This document shows positions 21,727-29,258 of a stretch of DNA of 64,000 nt, in pieces. The notes beneath the pieces were generated by a model. It saw only the letters and a program-made list of their open reading frames with translations. It made no database searches and was not told the origin of the DNA. Source of the DNA: Candidatus Poribacteria bacterium. GTDB lineage: Bacteria > Poribacteria > WGA-4E > PCPOR2b. The translations under genes were made by a program, and so were the position numbers. Location: positions 2,080,001-2,144,000 of the forward strand of contig OZ244587.1 in assembly GCA_965218095.1 (NCBI GenBank), in the 5' to 3' direction. Position 1 is the first letter of the stretch, and each line of letters opens with the position of its first letter.

Positions 21727-21954
21727 CCCGGCGCCTCTGGGAGCCTTGACGTTGTTGGGGTTTTCAACTCTTTTTCTGTCAGCCCCTCCCCAATCGGGGA
21801 GGAGGACACGGTTTGGGGGGATAAGGTAAGTCGGTGACAACGCCGAAACCCTTATAGGTGTTGCAAAGCCGGGCTTTCCTGTCAGTCTGCGGGGTTTTTA
21901 TTAGCCCTAGGGTTGGCAGGATTAAATCCTTATAAGGTATCCCTTTAAGTGGTA
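21727..21954. promoter_or_regulatory. Leader-like/anti-repeat segment between array and omegaRNA
   Basis: CAACGCCGAAACCCTTATA (21838-21856) complementary to the repeat; CTGTCAG at 21776 and 21879 with inverted TGACA at 21835; CCTTATAAGG palindrome 21928-21937. Confidence 0.55.
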
Positions 21955-22216
21955 GATTCTAATTACACTCACACCTAGAAACAGCCTTAGCCCGTGAGTT
22001 GAAAGGAATCTGGGCTACGTTGGTATGATTAGCATACCCTGGGGTGCTCCACCAGCCCCAGGCACTATGGCGGCTCTTTAAGAAGGACTTGGGGAGGTTC
22101 GGTCAACCGCATTTCGCACTCACTTTGAGTGAAAGTCACACCAACATTGGCGGGGTGGATCATACCTATTACCCCCCTATCTCCCTCCCGCAAGCGGGGA
22201 GGGGGAAGGGAGGTAA
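21955..22216 (+). ncRNA. IscB omegaRNA (HEARO-like) scaffold
   Basis: CAGCCTTAG (21982), TAGCCC/GGGCTA stem, CTACGTT, CCTGGGG/CCCCAGG stem whose loop TCCACC (22048-22053) can pair with GGTGGA (22154-22159), GTTGGT/ACCAAC stem, AACATTGGCG, 3' GC hairpin ending at the iscB RBS; 5' end approximate. Confidence 0.85.
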
Positions 22217-22227
22217 TGGAGGTCAAT

Positions 22228-23769
22228 ATGTTTGTTCATGTTTTATCAAAATCAGGTCAGCCGTTGATGCCCACGCATCCGGCAAACGCACGTAAACTGC
22301 TTAGAGACGAAAAAGCCCAAGTTGCGAAAACTAAAACGGGCGTGTTTACGATTCAACTCAATTATGAATCTCTAACATATACGCAACCGATAACCGTTGG
22401 AATTGACACCGGCTCAAAATCTGTGCCGATCGCCGCAGAGGGCAACGGCAAAATTTACTACGCCAAGGAGAAACTATTACGGACGGATGTTAAGAATCGA
22501 CTTTCCGATCGGCGTCAACAGAGGAGAATCCGAAGACACCGTAAAACCCGGTATCGGAAACCTCGTTTTTTGAACCGCACCAAAACGAAATGCAGCCGTT
22601 GCGGTGTCAATAATGTGCCGTGTTTATGGACTCTCAAAAAGCGCGAAGAGGGGCAGACAAAGAAGTGGGTTAAGGGTCGGAGAAAATCTTTATGCAGACC
22701 TTGTAAAGGGCATAAAGGAGAGCATAAGCAACCGACTGTGTTAGCCCCTTCAATTAAGAACCGTGCGGAGAGTATTCTAAATGATGTAGAGAGACTGCGG
22801 AAAACCCTGCCCATCTCTAAGGTGGTCGTAGAAACGGCGTCATTCGATACTCAGAAGATGGCAGATCCGAAAATTAAAGGCGTCGAATACCAGCAGGGAA
22901 CCCTCGCCGGGTACGAGTTGAAAGAGTATCTGCTGATAGTGAACAAGCATACATGCGCCTATTGTGGTAAAAAGGATGTCCCCCTTGAAAGGGAACATAT
23001 TTTGCCCAAAGCCAAGGGAGGCAGCGATCGCATTGATAACGCGACGGTCGCTTGTGTGTCTTGCAATGCCGAAAAAGGCGCGAGGACATTAGATCAGTGG
23101 GAAGAGTCACTGCCAGAGGCGGACGCTCGTAGGCAGGGGATACAGCGGGTTCGGAAAAATGCGAATGTCAAAAAAGAATTCCAGTATTCGGCATTGACCC
23201 AATCCTATAAGAATTATTTGATGAAGTCATTGCGCGAACAGTTCCCTGTAATTGAGGAGACTTACGGTTACATGACGAAGTTCTACCGGATTCGACGGAA
23301 GCTTGACAAAACCCAGATAAACGATGCTATGGTGATTGCATCAGAAGGGGAGCCGTTCCAACTACCGGATCGATTTCTTATAGAGAAGCAGATCAAGAAA
23401 CGGCATCCATATCATTCTATCTCGGACCGACATGGTTATAAAATCGTCAAGTATAAGCGCGATCCTGAAAAATATGGTTTCCGCCTATGGGATCGAGTGA
23501 GTTTCAATCATAAGGAATTCGGAGAAGTGGTTGCTTATATCTCTGCGCTGAAAGAGGATGGCTATTTTGAAATGCGCGATATTGAAGGAGGGAAAATTAA
23601 GGGAAAGCGTCCGACCTGTTCACATAAAAAGTTAAAATTGATAGAACCCGCGAGAACAAACTACATAAGGGAATGGCGCGTAACGCGGACTTCGACGAGC
23701 TCAGACTTCGTCGATCCATTGTTAGCCGGTCCTGCCGAACAACTTCACCTGTTCTCGCTTATGTCATAG
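22228..23769 (+). CDS. iscB: IscB RNA-guided endonuclease (IS200/IS605 OMEGA; PLMP, RuvC, bridge helix, HNH), 513 aa
   Basis: PLMP motif, RuvC-I GIDTG (D60), RRxRR bridge helix, RuvC-II VVETASFD (E202), HNH CAYC..EREHILP..GGS..N..C..CN..KG (H257), RuvC-III KTQINDA; ATG 22228 after GGAGG. Confidence 0.93.
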   Translation: MFVHVLSKSGQPLMPTHPANARKLLRDEKAQVAKTKTGVFTIQLNYESLTYTQPITVGIDTGSKSVPIAAEGNGKIYYAKEKLLRTDVKNRLSDRRQQRRIRRHRKTRYRKPRFLNRTKTKCSRCGVNNVPCLWTLKKREEGQTKKWVKGRRKSLCRPCKGHKGEHKQPTVLAPSIKNRAESILNDVERLRKTLPISKVVVETASFDTQKMADPKIKGVEYQQGTLAGYELKEYLLIVNKHTCAYCGKKDVPLEREHILPKAKGGSDRIDNATVACVSCNAEKGARTLDQWEESLPEADARRQGIQRVRKNANVKKEFQYSALTQSYKNYLMKSLREQFPVIEETYGYMTKFYRIRRKLDKTQINDAMVIASEGEPFQLPDRFLIEKQIKKRHPYHSISDRHGYKIVKYKRDPEKYGFRLWDRVSFNHKEFGEVVAYISALKEDGYFEMRDIEGGKIKGKRPTCSHKKLKLIEPARTNYIREWRVTRTSTSSDFVDPLLAGPAEQLHLFSLMS

Positions 23770-23831
23770 AGGTATTGCTGGGAAATATTCACATTAAAAC
23801 TATCGGCTCTTAGAGTAAAGGGGCCTGACTT

Positions 23832-24068
23832 ATGAAAAAATCAGATCTCTGGGAAAATATCATTTTGCTTCTGTCGGCGATTTTACTTGTGCCGATCTGG
23901 ATGTTCAAATCCAATCTATCACAGTTATCCGGCGGCATGTTCCAACTGTACCAGATACTACAAGTCGTTTTAGTGATTGTTCTCGTCGTTATGCTGGTTC
24001 GTCGTGTTCGGCGCGTTATGGCTGCGTTGCGCGGGAACAAAAACCGTCAGGGGCCCTTTCTGTTCTAA
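23832..24068 (+). CDS. Small hypothetical membrane protein (2 TM)
   Basis: Two hydrophobic segments, basic C-terminus. Confidence 0.6.
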   Translation: MKKSDLWENIILLLSAILLVPIWMFKSNLSQLSGGMFQLYQILQVVLVIVLVVMLVRRVRRVMAALRGNKNRQGPFLF

Positions 24069-24123
24069 ATCAACGTTCACATTTTAGCCAGATCCATATT
24101 GAGATCTAGTTTGAGGTTGATTC

Positions 24124-25029
24124 ATGAGCATTTTAGTCGTCGGATCTGTGGGGTTAGACTCCGTTGAAACCCCTGCGGGTAAAGTTGAAAACGCACTCGG
24201 TGGGTCGGCTATCTATTTTTCGACTGCGACGAGTTTCTTCTATAAGCCGATCCGGTTGGTGGCTGTGATTGGCGATGATTTTCCCCAAGAGCATCTCGAT
24301 TTCCTTCAAACACGAGGGGTCGAGCTCAAAGGTCTGGAACGGATCCGAGGCGACAAAACCTTCCGTTGGGGCGGGGACTATACCGGCGATCTCAACGCTG
24401 CGACGACGCTCTTTACAGATCTGAATGTTTACGGCGACTTTGATCCGAAATTGCCAGAAACGTATAAAAACACGCCTTACGTTTTCTTAGCCAATATCAA
24501 CCCTGAATTGCAACTGAGCGTGCTTCGGCAAATGGCAGCCCCCAAATTAGTCGTGTGCGATACGATGAATCTCTGGATTAATAACAGCCTCGCCGCGCTG
24601 ATGCAGACTTTGGTCGAAGTGGACATCCTGATCTTGAATGACGGTGAAGCTCGCCTATTAACGGGTGAAAGCAACCTCATTCGCGCCGGAAAGAAAATTC
24701 TCACTTATGGGCCAAATCGGGTTGTCATCAAGAAAGGGGAGCATGGGGCAATTACCTTGACCGATTCCACGTTCTTCGCTACGCCTGCTTATCCACTGGA
24801 AGCGGTAGCCGATCCGACTGGAGCCGGCGATAGCTTTGCCGGCGGATTCCTGGGGTATATCGCCTCTGTTGGAGACATCTCAGAAGCGTCCATCCGTAAA
24901 GCGATTATCTACGGGACAGTCATCGCCTCCTTCAATGTCGAGGATTTCAGCCTGAATCGTCAGCGACGATTAGCCCAATCGGAAATTGATCAACGCTATC
25001 GTCAATTACAAGAGGCGGTGCTGTTCTGA
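24124..25029 (+). CDS. PfkB-family sugar/nucleoside kinase
   Basis: GGSAIYF, DPTGAGDSFAGG signature; follows metK-ahcY. Confidence 0.9.
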   Translation: MSILVVGSVGLDSVETPAGKVENALGGSAIYFSTATSFFYKPIRLVAVIGDDFPQEHLDFLQTRGVELKGLERIRGDKTFRWGGDYTGDLNAATTLFTDLNVYGDFDPKLPETYKNTPYVFLANINPELQLSVLRQMAAPKLVVCDTMNLWINNSLAALMQTLVEVDILILNDGEARLLTGESNLIRAGKKILTYGPNRVVIKKGEHGAITLTDSTFFATPAYPLEAVADPTGAGDSFAGGFLGYIASVGDISEASIRKAIIYGTVIASFNVEDFSLNRQRRLAQSEIDQRYRQLQEAVLF

Positions 25030-25110
25030 ATCAGGCAATAAGCGAATCAGAAAAAAGAAACCGGGAATTTAGGGAATTGGAAAATCACGTTTTACGTTTC
25101 ACGCACCACA

Positions 25111-26190
25111 TTGAAGAGAGTTCCAAATTTGCCAGAAGCTGCTTTACCCTCCCAACACTACGAATATAAAGGCACTATCCACCTCCATTCGCGCTACTCC
25201 GATGGGAACGGAACCGTCCCGAAGATTATACAGAAAGCCGTCAATGCAGGGCTGGATTTTGTGATGCTTGCTGATCACGATAGCATCAATGCTTTATACG
25301 ATGGGTATGAAGGATGGCACGATGGGGTCTGGCTGCTTGTAGGACAAGAGATTTCACCGCTGACCCACCACTATCTGGCGTTCAATCTCAACAGAGAGAT
25401 TCAGGGCAGGCGCCGAACTGACTATCAAAACATCGTAAATGAAGTTGCACATGCGGGGGGATTGGGCTTTATTGCCCACCCCTACGGCGGAAGAAAGCCT
25501 CCACTGTTTCAGGCGAAAGCTCACGCATGGACGGATTGGAGTATTACAGGCTACACAGGGCTCGAAATCTGGTCTTACATGATCGATTGGATCGATAGCG
25601 TCAATATATTGACGTTTATGTACTACTATTTTTACCCAGAAAAAGCAATCACTGGCCCACGCCCTGAAGCTTTGCGCAAATGGGATGAAGTTGCACAGCG
25701 CCGCCATGTTGTTGGCATTGGGTCCACCGACGCTCATGCAAAGCCACTCCCAATTTTTCGTTTCATCAAGTTTTTTCCCTACGAGTTTCTCTTCCGAACC
25801 ATTCGGACACACCTCCTACTCGACACCCCTTTACCCACACAATCCCTTCCTGAAAGCAAACGGCTGATTTATGACGCCCTTAGAGCGGGACACTGTTTTA
25901 TCGCTTACGATCTCCTTGCCGATTCGATGGGATTCACATTTACGGCGGAGATGAAAGGCGTGCCTCTGCTGATGGGCGATGAAGCTATCTTTGATGGAGC
26001 AGCGGATCTCCGGATCGCTGCCCCCCAACCTGCAAACATTCGACTCATTCGAGATGGACGCCCCATCCACAACGCCAACGGCAAATCCTTACGCTTCCCC
26101 ATCGATCAAGCGGGTGTCTATCGCGTCGAGGTTTACTATAAAGGTCAGCCTTGGATCTTTTCCAACCCCATCTTTCTGCGTGAAGCGTAA
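25111..26190 (+). CDS. PHP-domain metallohydrolase (CehA/McbA-like)
   Basis: HLHSRYSDG, ADHD, AHP, GSTDAH, C-terminal WIFSNPI. Confidence 0.8.
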   Translation: MKRVPNLPEAALPSQHYEYKGTIHLHSRYSDGNGTVPKIIQKAVNAGLDFVMLADHDSINALYDGYEGWHDGVWLLVGQEISPLTHHYLAFNLNREIQGRRRTDYQNIVNEVAHAGGLGFIAHPYGGRKPPLFQAKAHAWTDWSITGYTGLEIWSYMIDWIDSVNILTFMYYYFYPEKAITGPRPEALRKWDEVAQRRHVVGIGSTDAHAKPLPIFRFIKFFPYEFLFRTIRTHLLLDTPLPTQSLPESKRLIYDALRAGHCFIAYDLLADSMGFTFTAEMKGVPLLMGDEAIFDGAADLRIAAPQPANIRLIRDGRPIHNANGKSLRFPIDQAGVYRVEVYYKGQPWIFSNPIFLREA

Positions 26191-26300
26191 AATGTAACAG
26201 ATCTTTCCATTGCATTTCCTTATTCCCACGGGGTCATTTAGTTTTCAGCCTTTGAGCGTGACCGAACAATTAAATGCTCCTATTAATCCCACTCTGAACC

Positions 26301-26329
26301 TTGACAGGATGTAATCTCTGCGCTATCAT
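26301..26329 (+). promoter_or_regulatory. Sigma70-like promoter upstream of tmk
   Basis: TTGACA-17 nt-TATCAT. Confidence 0.6.
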
Positions 26330-26355
26330 ATAAGTCAACAAATTAGGGGAAAACT

Positions 26356-26997
26356 ATGGCGCAACGCGGACTTTTTATCACCTTTGAAGGGACAGACGGT
26401 TCAGGGAAAACGATACAGATCCAACGGCTATCGGCAGATCTGATACGAGCCGGCCATGCGGTGTGCGTAACACGCGAACCGGGCGGTACGCCGATCTCCG
26501 AGCAGATTCGTGAGATGGTGCTGAATCCGAATCATCGTGAGATTGCATCGACAACGGAGTTGTTGTTGTACGCCGCAGCGCGGGCACAGAATGTATCGGA
26601 GGTCATCCGACCTGCGCTGGAAGCCGTGAAGATTGTCATCTCCTCTCGGTTTACAGATGCAACGGTTGGCTATCAAGGCTATGGACGTGGATTAGACCTT
26701 GAGATGATACGCTACCTGAATCGGATCGCGACAAGCGGCTTGGCGCCGGATTTGACCCTTCTGTTGGATCTGCCGGTGGAGATCGGATTGCAACGTGCCC
26801 AGCAAAGCCGGGGGACAATGGATCGCTTGGAGTTGGAAGACATTGAATTTCACCAACGGGTCCGGCAGGGCTACCTCGCTATCGCAGGTCAAGAACCCGA
26901 CCGCGTCAAGATTATCGATGCGCAAACAAACCCTGATTGTGTGTATGAGCAGATAAAGGCGGAGGTCGATCGTAAATTCAAGGCCATGAATTCATGA
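26356..26997 (+). CDS. tmk: Thymidylate kinase
   Basis: FITFEGTDGSGKT, TREPGGT, YQGYGRG. Confidence 0.95.
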   Translation: MAQRGLFITFEGTDGSGKTIQIQRLSADLIRAGHAVCVTREPGGTPISEQIREMVLNPNHREIASTTELLLYAAARAQNVSEVIRPALEAVKIVISSRFTDATVGYQGYGRGLDLEMIRYLNRIATSGLAPDLTLLLDLPVEIGLQRAQQSRGTMDRLELEDIEFHQRVRQGYLAIAGQEPDRVKIIDAQTNPDCVYEQIKAEVDRKFKAMNS

Positions 26998-27042
26998 GTT
27001 CGTTTTTTGAACTCACGTTTCACGTTTTACGCATTACGCTCT

Positions 27043-27996
27043 ATGAAACAGCCTATCATCGGACATCAGCAGATCATTGAACAGTTTCACTACGCGATTG
27101 CATCGAATCGCGTGGCGGGCGCCTACCTATTCGCTGGAATAGCCAATGTTGGAAAAGAGACTGTCGCCCTCCACTTCGCAAAATCGATCAATTGCTTAAC
27201 GCCAAACGAGGGGGCATGCGGTGCCTGCTTATCCTGCCGTAAAGCCGACGATGGGAATCACCCTGACCTTCAGATTATCCGTCCGTCAGGGGCTTGGACC
27301 AAGATTGATCAGATCCGCGAATTGCAAAAACGGATTATTTACCGACCGCTTGAAGGGGTACAAAAAGTCTACATCTTGACCGAAGCAGAGCGGATGAATC
27401 TCGAAGCCGCAAACTGTTTACTCAAAACCCTTGAAGAACCGCCCGCCAAATCGGTTTTAATCCTCCTGACCACAAATCTTGATGCGCTGCTACCCACAAT
27501 CCGGTCCCGTTGCCAAATCATCACGTTTCACCCGCTGCCGATTCCTGAACTCGCTGGGTATTTGATGAAGAGGTTCGACATTGAGGAAACTCAGGCGTTT
27601 TCAATTTCTACATTAGCCGGTGGCGCCGTTGGCAAAGCACTGTCGCTGCTTCAAGAGGGAGCGAGTTTCGATGAAGAGATCCCAGAGATTATCACTGCCG
27701 GCGATCGGTTAGATGCCTTTCGGATTGCAGAAAAATGGAATCAGCAACCGGAAGCACTCGACCACCTCGTGACATGGTATCGCGATCTAATGCTGCTGCA
27801 TCAAGGAGCCCCCGCAGATCTGCTTACTCATGTCCATCATGTGGAACAACTCAAACAGCTGACAGCGCGTTACTCACGGCTACAATTGCAGTCGGCGATC
27901 AAGGCGATTTTTGAAACGAAAGTTTTGCTTCAACGCAACGTCAACGCGACATTGGCTCTGGAGGTTTTGGCTTTGAAATTGTTGCGTAAACCGTAG
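27043..27996 (+). CDS. holB: DNA polymerase III delta' subunit
   Basis: CGACLSC Zn motif, HPD, AANCLLKTLEEPP, LPTIRSRC; follows tmk. Confidence 0.92.
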   Translation: MKQPIIGHQQIIEQFHYAIASNRVAGAYLFAGIANVGKETVALHFAKSINCLTPNEGACGACLSCRKADDGNHPDLQIIRPSGAWTKIDQIRELQKRIIYRPLEGVQKVYILTEAERMNLEAANCLLKTLEEPPAKSVLILLTTNLDALLPTIRSRCQIITFHPLPIPELAGYLMKRFDIEETQAFSISTLAGGAVGKALSLLQEGASFDEEIPEIITAGDRLDAFRIAEKWNQQPEALDHLVTWYRDLMLLHQGAPADLLTHVHHVEQLKQLTARYSRLQLQSAIKAIFETKVLLQRNVNATLALEVLALKLLRKP

Positions 27997-28037
27997 TTAG
28001 TTGTTTAAGAGAAGTTGCACACTTGAACTTAATGCCT

Positions 28038-28101
28038 TGTAGTTCGGCGATTCATCGCCGATGAACACCATTTCCAATGCCCGATGAATCGGGCAACTAC
28101 A
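28038..28101. repeat. REP pair (GTAG-type)
   Basis: TGTAGTTCGGCGATTCATCGCCG ... TGCCCGATGAATCGGGCAACTACA. Confidence 0.7.
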
Positions 28102-28124
28102 GCAGAGGCTCCATCAGAGAATCC

Positions 28125-28152
28125 GTAGGGAACAACGATCGCCGTTCCCTGC
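28125..28152 (+). repeat. REP palindrome GTAGGGAAC..GTTCCCTGC (left copy)
   Basis: Inverted counterpart at 29192-29219. Confidence 0.7.
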
Positions 28153-28205
28153 GGAAGGGCGTAGCTCTTATGGGTGCTAAAGTTCACGGATAGGAGGAGT
28201 TAGTC

Positions 28206-29156
28206 ATGGCGTTGGGTAACTTACAAAGTACTATTGAGAAACTACGGAAAACGATTGAGGCACATCGTGGATATTTGGCTGGAAATGAAACCCGCACTCG
28301 GCAGGTGCTAATCGATCCGTTGCTGCGAAGGTTGGGTTGGGATGTGTCAAATCCGAATATAGTTCAACTTGAATATAGAGTGAAGGAGCAATGGGCGGAT
28401 TATGTACTTATGTCAAAGGGTAAACCGGTTGCTGTTATTGAAGCAAAGCCGCTGGGAAGCAATTTAAAAATTAAGGTGATAGGGCAAGCTATCGCTTATG
28501 CGAAGTTGGCTGTTATTGATTACACGGTTGTTACTGATGGTGATAGATGGGAGATGTACGATGTCTTCAAGAAAGCCACATTGGAAGAGACTCTGTTAAT
28601 GGAGTTGGAATTGTCTCAACAGCCGGCTGATAAGAATGCGAAGCAGGCGTTGGCAATGAGGAAGCTAAATCTCACCTCTAAGAAACCAGTCTTTGTGCGA
28701 CCAAAGCCTCCACGGGATAAACCGCGAGTACAGCCGCCTATCGACCCACCAAAAGATACCGACAACTGGTGTTCCTTTGAAGATAAAATGTACCCGCCGG
28801 ACGCTGATCCAGCCAAATTGAAAATAGGTAATAGCCCCGCAGTGACTGTTAAGAGTAAGAAATGGACGGAGGCTATTCATAAAGTTGTTGCTTGGCTCGC
28901 TGATGAGGAAATACTAAGTGCCAATGACTGTCCAATCGGCACAGCGACGTATACTTTCATCGGTCACAAATCGGTGAACCCTGATGGCACACCGTTCAAA
29001 AACCCACAAGAACTGTCGAACGGCCTTATTTTGCAGGGTGGCTATTTAAACACCCAAGCACGATGGAGTAAATTAAGGCAGTTGCTAGAGGACCTTGATG
29101 TGAATAGAAACACGATTCGAGTGTCCTATAGATCGTCAAGACAAGCCAATCGCTAA
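28206..29156 (+). CDS. HsdR_N-like (type I restriction R-subunit N-terminal) PD-(D/E)XK nuclease-domain protein
   Basis: NETRTRQVLIDPLL..LGWD, ADYVL..VIEAK, Q..AYA, TDGDRW; RBS AGGAGG. Confidence 0.8.
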   Translation: MALGNLQSTIEKLRKTIEAHRGYLAGNETRTRQVLIDPLLRRLGWDVSNPNIVQLEYRVKEQWADYVLMSKGKPVAVIEAKPLGSNLKIKVIGQAIAYAKLAVIDYTVVTDGDRWEMYDVFKKATLEETLLMELELSQQPADKNAKQALAMRKLNLTSKKPVFVRPKPPRDKPRVQPPIDPPKDTDNWCSFEDKMYPPDADPAKLKIGNSPAVTVKSKKWTEAIHKVVAWLADEEILSANDCPIGTATYTFIGHKSVNPDGTPFKNPQELSNGLILQGGYLNTQARWSKLRQLLEDLDVNRNTIRVSYRSSRQANR

Positions 29157-29191
29157 ATGAAGTCAATGCGTCCAATTTGGGTTGAGCGGAT

Positions 29192-29219
29192 GCAGGGAAC
29201 GCAGATCTGCGTTCCCTAC
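29192..29219 (-). repeat. REP palindrome (right, inverted copy)
   Basis: GCAGGGAACGCAGATCTGCGTTCCCTAC. Confidence 0.7.
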
Positions 29220-29258
29220 GAAGATACAATACGCAGTAAGTCAAAAAGGAATACAATC

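Noticed and set aside
21568-21837. 89-aa ORF with repeated FNLIRVWFGVAT-like peptide
   Set aside because: It is a translation of the CRISPR repeats; no RBS or coding signal.
22129-22227. 33-aa N-terminal extension of IscB in the ORF track (and ORF 22044-22295)
   Set aside because: Overlaps the omegaRNA; the PLMP domain starts at ATG 22228, which has a good RBS.
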